A DNA stretch of 64,000 nucleotides from positions 35,400 through 99,399 of the IMG/VR virus record IMGVR_UViG_3300020419_000009, one strand, 5' to 3'. Below are positions 10,211 through 20,165 of the stretch, in pieces. The number at the start of each line of letters is the position of its first letter. Positions within the stretch are counted from its first letter, which is position 1. The translations under genes and the position numbers were made by a program. A model generated the notes under the pieces. That model saw only the letters and a list, made by a program, of their open reading frames with translations. It was not told the DNA's origin and did no database searches. This DNA comes from a virus.

Positions 10211-11125
10211 ATGGCAGTAGGAGATACAATAACAGCGGCTCGTTATAATATTATTAGAGCGAGAATTGCCGCAGTTTTAGGTTTAGGCGCAGGCGACGAA
10301 GGGTATGGACAAGCAGTTACAAGTGCAACAGTAGCCGCAGGTGCAACGATTACAGCAACACATATGGCGAATCTTAATACCGACATGATAAAATGTCGTG
10401 TACATCAAACTGGATCAAGTCCTTCGGAAATTGTTGCTCCGGTAGTAGGTGACACAATTGAAGATAGTAACTCTACGAGTAAAAAAGGGTATGCACAATA
10501 CGAAACTTTAAGCACAACTTGCCAAACAGCAAGATTAAATGTTGATGCAGGACAGCTTGGTTTACAAGCAGGCATTTCAAGCTCGAGAACAGCTAGTTGG
10601 TCAAGTGATATTACTCATATTATGACTGTAACTTTTGGAGGTTACTCAGTTACAAACGGTGACGGCAGTACATCAACTATTACTGCGGCAGATCATATGC
10701 GTGTATTTTTTAATGCAGGCGGAACAATATTATTCAGCGGTACAATTGGATCAGGAAGTTCAGCAATTAACAACGATTGGCGTAACTTAATGACTTCAGT
10801 AGGTACTGTATCTTTTGGTAGATCAACAACATCAAATGGATCAACTGGAACATCATATGGTTATGCAAATTTGCCAACTTCTTATACCACAGTTTTTAAC
10901 AAAACTGCTTCAGCTTACTCGGCAAACGATTACTTAATTGAAGGACAGAAAAACGGAAATGTTTTAACATTTAGAATTACATTTAACGAAGATAAAGGTC
11001 CTAATCCAAATTACGATGAAGCAGTAACAGCCACAACAACTAGTACGGTGCAAATGAACAGACCTAACAACTCAAACTCTGTTGATATCACAGCACCAGC
11101 TTTCGCAAATAGCTCTACATTATAA
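10211..11125 (+). CDS. Virion structural protein
   Basis: 304 aa, Thr/Ser/Ala-rich, AAGGAAG RBS, FFNAGG.I motif; lies within the tail gene run. Confidence 0.55.
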   Translation: MAVGDTITAARYNIIRARIAAVLGLGAGDEGYGQAVTSATVAAGATITATHMANLNTDMIKCRVHQTGSSPSEIVAPVVGDTIEDSNSTSKKGYAQYETLSTTCQTARLNVDAGQLGLQAGISSSRTASWSSDITHIMTVTFGGYSVTNGDGSTSTITAADHMRVFFNAGGTILFSGTIGSGSSAINNDWRNLMTSVGTVSFGRSTTSNGSTGTSYGYANLPTSYTTVFNKTASAYSANDYLIEGQKNGNVLTFRITFNEDKGPNPNYDEAVTATTTSTVQMNRPNNSNSVDITAPAFANSSTL

Positions 11126-11128
11126 GGT

Positions 11129-11134
11129 TAAATA
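11129..11134 (+). promoter_or_regulatory. T4-late-like promoter motif TAAATA heading the enzyme island
   Basis: TAAATA in the 36-nt gap before AGGAG and ATG 11162. Confidence 0.45.
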
Positions 11135-11161
11135 GTTATACAATAAACTAGGAGTATAACT

Positions 11162-11509
11162 ATGGATAAATCTTTAGACAAAGCCCTTGATTTCTCTAAC
11201 TATATGGTTACGTTTAATAACCAAAAACGCATTATCCATGAAGAATATTTAGAAGATTTGGTAGTGTATCAAAATGGCGGCAAGTTTACTGTAGATAAAG
11301 AGCTAATTTGTTTTGCTAATCATCTAAATGAAAAGGTTGAAACCAAAGTAGTACTGATAGATGACAACAATATACCTGTTGTAATTGAAGACTTGCAAAA
11401 ATTTCTACATGATATTACATCAACATATAGCGAAGCATCTCGAGTATACTATGACAAATATAAAAAAATGATAGACAAGAGAAGTGTGGAAAGTTTAGTT
11501 AATGTCTAA
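11162..11509 (+). CDS. Hypothetical protein (possible fibre assembly factor)
   Basis: 115 aa ORF with AGGAG RBS and TAAATA upstream; first gene of the enzyme island. Confidence 0.5.
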   Translation: MDKSLDKALDFSNYMVTFNNQKRIIHEEYLEDLVVYQNGGKFTVDKELICFANHLNEKVETKVVLIDDNNIPVVIEDLQKFLHDITSTYSEASRVYYDKYKKMIDKRSVESLVNV

Positions 11510-12335
11510 TGGGGTTTTATTGTTTGCAAATAATAATGGCAAGGTTGATTACTTAAAACAAGCAATTTTTTTGGCTAAGAGAGTAAAAGAATATCTTGGT
11601 GTTCCTGTATCTCTAGCAACCAGCAGTAAAAGAAAGCTAACGTATTCTTATGAAAAGGATATGGATCTTTTTGATAAGATAATTGAGATTCCAGATTCTT
11701 ATGAAAATACAAAACGTTATTACGACGGAACTTTGGACCACCAATACCTTTTGTTTAAAAATTATAGTAGAATAGATAGTTATGATATATCACCTTACAG
11801 TAAAACTCTTGTAATGGATACAGATTACATACTCTGTAACGATGATCTTAAACAAGCATTTACATCGAATACCGATTTTCAAATTTATAAAAAAGGAGTA
11901 GATGTTTGCGGTTGGAGAGAATACAATGAGTTTAATTACATTAATAAAATAGGTATACCTTTTTATTGGGCAACATGTTTTTGTTTCAAAAAAACAGAAA
12001 ATACAAAAATATTTTTTGAATTAATGAAACATTTAGAGAAAAATTGGATTCATTATTCTAAAATATATAATTTAGGAAGTAAAAATTTCAGAAACGATCA
12101 TGTGTTTAGTATTGCAATACATATGATGAACGGATTTGAAGATAGTGACTGGGCAAAAATATTACCCGGTAAGATGTTTTATACGTTAGATAGAGATAAA
12201 ATTTACAAAATTGATAAAGATAAATTAACATTCCTAGTAGAAAAACAAAATAGATCAGGCGAATATACATTAGCCTCTACTAATAAGTCAAATGTGCATG
12301 TTATGAATAAATTCAGTTTGGAAAAATTAATATGA
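11502..12335 (+). CDS. GT-A fold glycosyltransferase-like protein
   Basis: SPYSKTLVMDTDY (DxD) motif; FRNDHVFSIA; paralogous to the next gene. Confidence 0.6.
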   Translation: MSNGVLLFANNNGKVDYLKQAIFLAKRVKEYLGVPVSLATSSKRKLTYSYEKDMDLFDKIIEIPDSYENTKRYYDGTLDHQYLLFKNYSRIDSYDISPYSKTLVMDTDYILCNDDLKQAFTSNTDFQIYKKGVDVCGWREYNEFNYINKIGIPFYWATCFCFKKTENTKIFFELMKHLEKNWIHYSKIYNLGSKNFRNDHVFSIAIHMMNGFEDSDWAKILPGKMFYTLDRDKIYKIDKDKLTFLVEKQNRSGEYTLASTNKSNVHVMNKFSLEKLI

Positions 12336-13147
12336 AGAAAGGTTATCTATTAATAGCAAGTGGTAAAGAATATGTAAAGCAGGCTTGTTTATGTGCAATG
12401 AGCATCAAAGCCACACAAAAAATAAAAAACGTTTCTTTAGCAACCAATGACTTTGTTCCAAGAAAATATGCATCGTTGTTTGATGAAATTATAGAAATAC
12501 CTTGGGTAGATATGAATTTTGCGGCAACTTCTTATATTGCAGAACAACGATGGAAAGCATTTCATATTACACCGTACGAAGAAACTGTTCTGTTAGATAC
12601 TGATATGATATTTTTAAGCGAGGTTAGTCATTGGTGGAAATACTTGAGCAAACAAGATATATGTTTTACAAATAATGTATTTTCTTATAGAAATCAAAAG
12701 GTTACAAGTGATTTTTATAGAAAAGCGTTTTCAGAAAATAATTTACCTAGTGTGTACTGTGCGTTTCATTATTTTAAACAGAACGATACATGTTTAAAAT
12801 ATTATAAAACATTAGAAAACATTTGTAAAGATTTTGAAAGTTATTATAAGAAATATATTGTAAAATCAAGACCAGAACTATCTAGTATGGATATAAATCA
12901 TGCCCTTGCTTGTTTAATAACAGATACAAATACTAATACATGCGAGTGTTTAAATTTTGTGCATATGAAAAGTAAAGTACAAGATATTGAAAACATATCG
13001 TCTAATTGGTCTGATAGTTTACCTTATTACTTTACTGATGATTTAAAATTAAAAATAGGAAACTATTTACAACATGGAATATTTCATTACACAGAAAACA
13101 AGTTCTGTAATGATGTAATAGCAAAGTATGAAAAGGCAGTACTATGA
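12332..13147 (+). CDS. GT-A fold glycosyltransferase-like protein
   Basis: TPYEETVLLDTDMIF (DxD) motif, FVHMK, GIFHY. Confidence 0.6.
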   Translation: MKKGYLLIASGKEYVKQACLCAMSIKATQKIKNVSLATNDFVPRKYASLFDEIIEIPWVDMNFAATSYIAEQRWKAFHITPYEETVLLDTDMIFLSEVSHWWKYLSKQDICFTNNVFSYRNQKVTSDFYRKAFSENNLPSVYCAFHYFKQNDTCLKYYKTLENICKDFESYYKKYIVKSRPELSSMDINHALACLITDTNTNTCECLNFVHMKSKVQDIENISSNWSDSLPYYFTDDLKLKIGNYLQHGIFHYTENKFCNDVIAKYEKAVL

Positions 13148-13686
13148 AACACGAAAAAGTTCATACACCACAATATGTATCTTTTGATCAAAAAACAGGA
13201 GAAGTTTTCTGTATTGGGCCAACAATTCAAGAAGGCTACCAATACATAGAAGTTTCTGATGAACAGATTGAACCTATTAAAACATTCAAAGATAAGATGA
13301 CAGACTATAAAGTTGTCTATAACAAAAAAGAAAGAATGTTTAAATTAAAGAAACTTGTAGTTATTGAAGAAGATATTACATACCAAAAAATAGAAAAGTA
13401 TCAAAATGAAGAAATGGATTTTGATGTACTTTTAAACATTGATAAAAACAAGAAATCATGTTATATTGATACAAGCGAAGAATTATTAGATATAATGCAG
13501 AAAACTAACGTGGAACATAAAAATATTACATTTAGTTTTACTAAAAAAGATGATCCACATATTTTATATGATATGGTTACTTTTGAAATAAACAAAAATA
13601 GTAAACAGTCTATAAAAATACCAAAGCAATATGACGTTTATTCTAATAGTGATATGGCAAAATGTATGTACGGAGAAGTTAAATGA
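13144..13686 (+). CDS. Hypothetical protein
   Basis: 180 aa ORF with ATGA overlaps on both sides. Confidence 0.5.
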   Translation: MKHEKVHTPQYVSFDQKTGEVFCIGPTIQEGYQYIEVSDEQIEPIKTFKDKMTDYKVVYNKKERMFKLKKLVVIEEDITYQKIEKYQNEEMDFDVLLNIDKNKKSCYIDTSEELLDIMQKTNVEHKNITFSFTKKDDPHILYDMVTFEINKNSKQSIKIPKQYDVYSNSDMAKCMYGEVK

Positions 13687-14603
13687 AAGTAAACATAGCA
13701 GAGCTTGATATAATTTACCTAAGTTACGATGAACCCAATGCAGAAAAAAATTATGCAGACTTATTAAGCAAGGTTCCTTGGGCAAAAAGAGTACACGGAG
13801 TAAAAGGTTCAGATGCGGCTCATAAGGCCTGTGCAGAGTTAAGCACAACAGACAGATTTGTAACTGTTGACGGGGACAATACTATCCGACAAGATTTTCT
13901 AAATCAAGCATTAGACTTTGACGAACATACAGATTTAAAAAATAGTGTAATTAGTTGGTGCGGAAAGAATAGCATAAACGGTTTGCTATACGGCAACGGC
14001 GGATTAAAATGTTGGCCAAAAGAATTTGTTCTAAATATGAAAACGCACGAGAATGCTGATCCAGATAATCCTCATGCACAGGTTGATTTTTGTTGGGACG
14101 TACAGTATATACAACAAAATAGCTGTTACTCAGATGTTCATAACAACGAAACTCCACATCAAGCCTGGAGAGCAGGTTTTAGAGAAGGTGTCAAGATGGC
14201 ACTGGATAGAGGAGTAAAACCATCACATGAACAGTTTTTAAAAGGTCATTGGAAAAATTTACATAGGCTTTGGATCTGGTTAATGGTAGGAGCAGATGTA
14301 AAAAACGGTTATTGGGCTATTGCTGGAGCCAGAGAAGGTCTTGCTATGACAATGTTAACAGATTGGGATTATGTAAATGTTAGAGACTTTGTACATTTAA
14401 ATGAAATGTGGGCAGACAGAGATCAAATGCCAGATGATGTTTTACATAACGAAATATTTAATCATGGAACAAACTTAATTAATCAGCTAGGAATACCAAT
14501 TGCTGTACAGCCTCTGAACGAAGAGCAAAGCCAATTTTTTAAAACAGTTTATCAAAATCCTTCAAGAAACAGCGGCGAGCAATTTGTAATAGATGTAGAA
14601 TAA
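13683..14603 (+). CDS. Glycosyltransferase-like protein (GT-A, DGD motif)
   Basis: LSYDEPNAE...RVHGVKG..AH...FVTVDGDN...YGNGGLK...AWRAGFREGVK; paralogue of 15992..16678. Confidence 0.6.
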   Translation: MKVNIAELDIIYLSYDEPNAEKNYADLLSKVPWAKRVHGVKGSDAAHKACAELSTTDRFVTVDGDNTIRQDFLNQALDFDEHTDLKNSVISWCGKNSINGLLYGNGGLKCWPKEFVLNMKTHENADPDNPHAQVDFCWDVQYIQQNSCYSDVHNNETPHQAWRAGFREGVKMALDRGVKPSHEQFLKGHWKNLHRLWIWLMVGADVKNGYWAIAGAREGLAMTMLTDWDYVNVRDFVHLNEMWADRDQMPDDVLHNEIFNHGTNLINQLGIPIAVQPLNEEQSQFFKTVYQNPSRNSGEQFVIDVE

Positions 14604-14604
14604 T

Positions 14605-15999
14605 ATGGTAGAACAATTTAAATGGGAAGAACCTGAAAAAGTTTTAGAAAAACTTAATTCGGCAGGTTGTGGATTTTGTCTTGCGAAATGGACGCAGGTG
14701 ACCATGCATCTTGGATCAGGACTAACACAAAGTTGTCACCACGTAAAAGCTCATCCTATAGATTTAAATGACCTTGCATCAAATCCAAGTGTGTTACATA
14801 ACACAGGGTTCAAGAAGAATATAAGAAAACAAATGTTAAACGGAGAACGTCCAGCTGAATGTGATTACTGTTGGCGTATCGAAGATAATACTGGTATGTA
14901 TAGTGATAGGACATGGAAAAGTAGAGATCCGTTTAGTTGGCCACATGTAGACACGATTCAAAATCTTACAGGAAATGAAGACTTTTATCCTACATACGTT
15001 GAAGTAAGTTTTAGTAATGTGTGTAATTTCAAATGTGGATATTGTGGGCCTGCTTTTAGTAGTAAATGGACTGACGAAATTAATGAACACGGTCCTTATT
15101 TTTTTGGTGGAATAAATTGGAGATATAATCAACCAGATGAGTATCAAAAACAAATTCCTAATCGTGAACATAATCCGTACATCGAAGCTTTCTGGAAATG
15201 GTTTCCAGAAGCAGTTAAACACATGCATACATTTAGGATTACAGGCGGAGAGCCATTAATGAGTAAACATACTACAAAGGTGATGGATTATCTAATGGAC
15301 AATCCACAACCTAATTTAGAATTATCTATCAATAGCAATGCATGTCCTCCTGGTAACAACTGGAAAGAATTTGTTGACAAAGTTAAAGTGTTAGAAGATA
15401 AAAAATGTATTAAGCAGTTTATTCTTTTTGTAAGTGCAGAGGGTATGGGTGCTCAACAAGAATACAATAGGTTTGGAATGAACTGGGAAGTCTTTACAAA
15501 AAACGTTGAATATTTTTTAAAAACAACAAATGGTATGTGTAGTTTTATGAGTGCATTCAATGTTTTAAGTATTCCAAGTTTCTTTGATTTTATAAAGTAT
15601 GTATCAGGTCTTAAAGATATATATTGGTTTAGAAAAAGCAATCACCAGAGAGTAATAATAGATACGCCATATGTAAGAAGTCCAGGATTTTTAGATGCTA
15701 AGATTGCCACACATGATTTAGTAAAAAAATACCTATATCCTTGTGTACCGTTTATGCAAAAAAATAGATTCTCTGAAAGAGAAGTACAAAAGATGGATAG
15801 GATAGTAAAAGATTTAGACGTTAGAAACAGTAAACCAGAGGAGTTTGAAAGAGAAGCTATTGAAGGAAGACGTATGTTTTATCAGTGGATCGAACAGTAT
15901 GATAAAAGGCGCGGTACTGACTTTTTAAAAACTTTTCCGCAAATGAAAAAATTTTACGATGAATGCTTAGAATGTAAGAGGCTTGCAGATAATGTATGA
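14605..15999 (+). CDS. Radical SAM enzyme with N-terminal Cys-rich (twitch/SPASM-like) domain
   Basis: CNFKCGYC motif and TGGEP; N-terminal FCLAKW...SCHH...ECDYCW. Confidence 0.85.
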   Translation: MVEQFKWEEPEKVLEKLNSAGCGFCLAKWTQVTMHLGSGLTQSCHHVKAHPIDLNDLASNPSVLHNTGFKKNIRKQMLNGERPAECDYCWRIEDNTGMYSDRTWKSRDPFSWPHVDTIQNLTGNEDFYPTYVEVSFSNVCNFKCGYCGPAFSSKWTDEINEHGPYFFGGINWRYNQPDEYQKQIPNREHNPYIEAFWKWFPEAVKHMHTFRITGGEPLMSKHTTKVMDYLMDNPQPNLELSINSNACPPGNNWKEFVDKVKVLEDKKCIKQFILFVSAEGMGAQQEYNRFGMNWEVFTKNVEYFLKTTNGMCSFMSAFNVLSIPSFFDFIKYVSGLKDIYWFRKSNHQRVIIDTPYVRSPGFLDAKIATHDLVKKYLYPCVPFMQKNRFSEREVQKMDRIVKDLDVRNSKPEEFEREAIEGRRMFYQWIEQYDKRRGTDFLKTFPQMKKFYDECLECKRLADNV

Positions 16000-16678
16000 T
16001 ATAATTTTTATAAGTTACCATGAACCAAATGCAGAAGAAAATTTTACAAATCTTAACGATAGGTTTAACAGTATAGGTTTGTATGGAGAAAGAGTAAAGC
16101 GTGTAAAAAATGTTAAAGGTATACATAATGCTCATGTAGAAGGAGCAAAACTAGCCAGTACTAGTTATTTTTTTGTTGTAGACGGAGATGCTGTTATTGT
16201 TGATGATTTTGATTTCGATTATGTAACCAAAGATAAAGATATGGTACATGTTTATAGATGTATGAATCCTATAAATGATTTAGTATACGGATATGGCGGT
16301 GTTAAACTACTCCCAACCTGGCTAGTAAGAAATATGGATACAACTACAAACGATATGACAACTAGTATATCAAAAAATTTTAAAGTGCTTAATAAGATAT
16401 CAAATATTACTGCATTTAACACAGACCCGTTTAATACTTGGAAAAGTGCTTTTCGAGAATGTGCAAAATTATCAAGTAAAACTATAGATAGGCAAAAACA
16501 AGGAGAAACAGATGAAAGACTTAAAACTTGGACAACCGTGGGACAAGATAGACAGTATGGCGAATATGCTTTGGCAGGTGCTACCGCTGGTATGGAGTTT
16601 GGCCTTTCTAGCGGGTCTGATCTGGGGTTAATAAATAATTTTGAATGGTTAAAGGAACAGTTTAATGGAAACACATAA
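15992..16678 (+). CDS. Glycosyltransferase-like protein (GT-A, DGD motif)
   Basis: ISYHEPNAE...FFVVDGDA...YGYGGVK...WKSAFRECAK. ATG 15992 preferred over TTG 15983. Confidence 0.6.
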   Translation: MYDIIFISYHEPNAEENFTNLNDRFNSIGLYGERVKRVKNVKGIHNAHVEGAKLASTSYFFVVDGDAVIVDDFDFDYVTKDKDMVHVYRCMNPINDLVYGYGGVKLLPTWLVRNMDTTTNDMTTSISKNFKVLNKISNITAFNTDPFNTWKSAFRECAKLSSKTIDRQKQGETDERLKTWTTVGQDRQYGEYALAGATAGMEFGLSSGSDLGLINNFEWLKEQFNGNT

Positions 16679-17501
16679 ACTATTGGATAGATTTGAATTA
16701 CTGTATCCTTTGAACAGTAAATTAGCTGACTTGCGTAGAGCTTTTATAGATAAGGACCTACATAGTGTATTCAGGTTAATTACAGATAATAATAAAGAAG
16801 ATTTACGTAAAATAATATTAGAAGATAATAAATGGAGTCTATGGAAGATATTAGATTCAATGCTACAAACAAGACTTATACAATCATTAAAATCATTTGA
16901 AATCAATAAACTAGACATTGATGAAGATTGTTTAAGCCAAGGACAAATTAAAAGTAAATTATGGCTTTTAAAGGAATTACAAAATACAAAACTTGATTTA
17001 GGAACTGTGTTTATCTGTGCAGGGTGGTATGGAACTTTAGCTACAATGCTTTTTGAAAGTAAAATAAACATTGACAAGATAAGAAGTTTTGATATTGATA
17101 ATTCTTGTAAAAAGATTGCTGAAATTTTCAATAAACCCTGGGTAATAGAGGATTGGAAATTTAAACCAGTCACACAAGATATACATGATATAAACTTTGA
17201 TTCACATACCTATACTGTGACTAGGAATGATAGTACAGAATGTTCAATGACTGATTCACCAGATACAATTATAAACACTAGCTGTGAACACATTGACAAC
17301 TTTACAGAATGGTATGCAAAAATACCTAAAGGCAAACTAGTAGTTCTGCAAAATAATAATTTTTTCGAACTCAACGAACACGTAAATTGTGTTAACGACT
17401 TGGATGATTTTGCGTGCCAAACACCATTATCGAAAATACTATATGAAGGTGAATTAAAATTAGAAAAGTATACAAGATATATGAGAATAGGAGTAAAGTA
17501 A
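16665..17501 (+). CDS. Class I SAM-dependent methyltransferase-like protein
   Basis: ICAGWYG (motif I-like), RSFDID (acidic motif II), IINTSCEH. Confidence 0.6.
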   Translation: METHKLLDRFELLYPLNSKLADLRRAFIDKDLHSVFRLITDNNKEDLRKIILEDNKWSLWKILDSMLQTRLIQSLKSFEINKLDIDEDCLSQGQIKSKLWLLKELQNTKLDLGTVFICAGWYGTLATMLFESKINIDKIRSFDIDNSCKKIAEIFNKPWVIEDWKFKPVTQDIHDINFDSHTYTVTRNDSTECSMTDSPDTIINTSCEHIDNFTEWYAKIPKGKLVVLQNNNFFELNEHVNCVNDLDDFACQTPLSKILYEGELKLEKYTRYMRIGVK

Positions 17502-18047
17502 ATGCAAAAAGTGATACATGATACATACGTATCTAAAATAGTGCATGATCTTGATAAAAATATTCTGATTAAAACACTCAAAAGAAGAGATATTGAACGA
17601 CAATGGTTTGACCTTTATCAGAAACTACAAGAAAAAACTCCTAATGTTGTAAAAATATTTGATATGATAGATAAACGTACCTACACGATGGAATATTTAG
17701 AACACGTAATTGACAACTTTGATGACTTTACAAAACCACATAGGGCATTTCCTCCTGAAAAAAAGTTTACTAAGTTAGACTTTGTAAGACTTCATAAGTG
17801 TATATACGGCGTGTGGACATCAGCATTAGAATTAAGTGTAGATTTACCAGATCACCAGTTTTTTATAAACAATGATGCCAAGTTAGCTAATATATGCATA
17901 CTCAAACATAAGAGCGGATATCAATTCAAGTATATAGATGCAGATGGATGGTCAAGAACTAACGGTTATCATGGAATGGATTGTTATTACCAAACACAAT
18001 TAAAAATAGCATTACAAATGCAGAGGCTTTTAGTTCCTAATGTATAG
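17502..18047 (+). CDS. Minimal protein-kinase-like (APH/RIO-like) fold protein
   Basis: PNVVKIFD...YTMEYL (hinge), NNDAKLANI (catalytic-loop-like), YIDADG (DFG-like). Confidence 0.45.
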   Translation: MQKVIHDTYVSKIVHDLDKNILIKTLKRRDIERQWFDLYQKLQEKTPNVVKIFDMIDKRTYTMEYLEHVIDNFDDFTKPHRAFPPEKKFTKLDFVRLHKCIYGVWTSALELSVDLPDHQFFINNDAKLANICILKHKSGYQFKYIDADGWSRTNGYHGMDCYYQTQLKIALQMQRLLVPNV

Positions 18048-19116
18048 ATACGAAGATATTAGAACAATACACTTAGAGGTTACACAAAACTGCCAAGCCG
18101 CATGTCCTATGTGTGATCGTAATATGAATGGACAAGGTATCAATCCGCATATAAATTTAGATGAACTTACTCTAAAGGATTGTGAGAAAATATTTTCTCC
18201 TAAGTTTATAAGACAATTAAATACGATGTATATGTGTGGTAACCTTGGAGATCCTATAGTAGCTAAGGATACTTTAGAAATATTCAAATATTTTCGGAAG
18301 TGTAATCCTGACATATGGTTGAGCATGAATACCAACGCTGGAGCAAGAAATGAATCATGGTGGATGGAATTGGCAGACGTATTTGCTAGTCGCGGTGCTG
18401 TTATTTTTAGCGTTGATGGCTTACGATCTACAAATCACATATACCGCCAAGGCGTTGTTTGGGACAAGGTAGAAAGTAGCATGGATGCCTTTATCAAAGC
18501 AGGAGGAAGGGCTCGCTGGGACTTTTTGATATTCGAACATAACCAACACCAAGTTGATGAAGCTAGAGCGTTATCTGAAAAGAAAGGTTTTGAAAAATTT
18601 ATAGCTAAAAAAACTGGTAGATTTTTGACACAAGATAGTAATAAAAAAGATTCACATCAAGCTGTAAGTAAAAAAGGCATAGAAACAGCTACATTAAAGA
18701 AGCCGGATAAAAAGTATCAAAATAATGCTGTAAAGAAACAAAATGTAATTATTAAAAAATACGGCAGTATGGATGCGTATTATGATGCCGCACCTATTGT
18801 TTGTAAAGTAACAAAAGACAATAGTCTATATATTACTGCTGAAGGACTTGCATTGCCCTGTTGTTGGACAGCCGGCAGAATGTATAAATGGTGGCACAAG
18901 GATCCTTACGTAGAACAAATATGGGATCATATAGATCTTGCAGGAGGCAAAGAAGCCATTGATGCAAAACAGGGATTAGATAAAGTTTTTAACACAGGTA
19001 TATTTGATACTATTGCTAGGAGTTGGAATTTAGAAAGTTGTGGGTTAGGAAAATTAAAAGTTTGTGCAATGAAGTGTGGTGCAGAATTTGATCCTTTTAG
19101 GGAACAATTTACGTGA
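18040..19116 (+). CDS. Radical SAM enzyme with C-terminal twitch domain
   Basis: CQAACPMC; CGNLGDP; VDG...TNHIYR; FEHNQHQ; C-terminal C...PCC...C...C. Confidence 0.85.
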   Translation: MYRYEDIRTIHLEVTQNCQAACPMCDRNMNGQGINPHINLDELTLKDCEKIFSPKFIRQLNTMYMCGNLGDPIVAKDTLEIFKYFRKCNPDIWLSMNTNAGARNESWWMELADVFASRGAVIFSVDGLRSTNHIYRQGVVWDKVESSMDAFIKAGGRARWDFLIFEHNQHQVDEARALSEKKGFEKFIAKKTGRFLTQDSNKKDSHQAVSKKGIETATLKKPDKKYQNNAVKKQNVIIKKYGSMDAYYDAAPIVCKVTKDNSLYITAEGLALPCCWTAGRMYKWWHKDPYVEQIWDHIDLAGGKEAIDAKQGLDKVFNTGIFDTIARSWNLESCGLGKLKVCAMKCGAEFDPFREQFT

Positions 19117-20165
19117 ATATAGATAATATTAAAAAGATAGAATTAGAAATTACAAGCGACTGTAACGCCGCTTGTCCAGGATGTGCTAGGACGCAGAACT
19201 TAGACATTTTACAAGTACAAAGTTTTTCTTTAGCAGATCTATGTAGGCTGTTTCCTACAAAGAGACATATTGAAAATAAACATTTTAAGTTTTGTGGAGT
19301 ATTAGGTGATCCTTTGATACATCCTGAGTTTGTACAAATGGTAGAATATTTATTATCAAATAATCCCATGCGTGTTAGTGTAAGCACAAATACAGGATTA
19401 GGTACAACAGACGCATGGACCAGACTAGGAGAGTTAGCTTATGCCAATGAAACAAAGGTCCTATGCTTTGACTTTTGTATAGACGGTCATGAGCATACAA
19501 ACCATATTTATAGAGTAAACACAAAATGGAAAGTTATAATGCGTAACCTTGAAGCATTTACTTCTGCGGCCAAAGAAAAGTCAATTGGTTCTTCTTGGAC
19601 TTATATTGTTTTTGATCACAATGAACACGAACTTGATACAGCTATACAAGAAGCAAAAAAGTTTGGTTTAAGATTTAACAAAAGAACTGGTATGCGTAAC
19701 AGCTATCATGACTGGATAGCACAAATAGGAAAGAAAAATAACAAAATAAAAAAAGTAATTACAACAACAGGATCTAAAGAACACAAGCAAAAAGCAAAGA
19801 TAATGCAATTAGATAACATGATAAAAGAAAATAAAATTGATAGAGATATATTACAAACTATTAAATGTAAATTTTATCATGAAGGTGAAATATTTATAGG
19901 TGCGGATTTAACAATGTGGCCTTGTTGTTTCTTATATGACAGTGCTTTTAAAAACAAGGACAATATAAACAGTAAACTAAGTAAATATTTAAATGGTTGG
20001 AATAGTTTAAAAAAACAGTCAGTTGAAGATGTGATACAACACCCTTGGTATTTAGATGTTTTAGCACAAAGTTGGAATCCTGAACACGATATGCATTTAA
20101 CACGATGCATTAGAACTTGTGCATATAATCAAGCATATCATAACAAAAGAGAATATGTGGTATGA
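19113..20165 (+). CDS. Radical SAM enzyme with C-terminal twitch domain
   Basis: CNAACPGC; CGVLGDP; IDG..TNHIYR; FDHNEHE; PCCF...CIRTC; GTG start. Confidence 0.85.
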   Translation: MNIDNIKKIELEITSDCNAACPGCARTQNLDILQVQSFSLADLCRLFPTKRHIENKHFKFCGVLGDPLIHPEFVQMVEYLLSNNPMRVSVSTNTGLGTTDAWTRLGELAYANETKVLCFDFCIDGHEHTNHIYRVNTKWKVIMRNLEAFTSAAKEKSIGSSWTYIVFDHNEHELDTAIQEAKKFGLRFNKRTGMRNSYHDWIAQIGKKNNKIKKVITTTGSKEHKQKAKIMQLDNMIKENKIDRDILQTIKCKFYHEGEIFIGADLTMWPCCFLYDSAFKNKDNINSKLSKYLNGWNSLKKQSVEDVIQHPWYLDVLAQSWNPEHDMHLTRCIRTCAYNQAYHNKREYVV

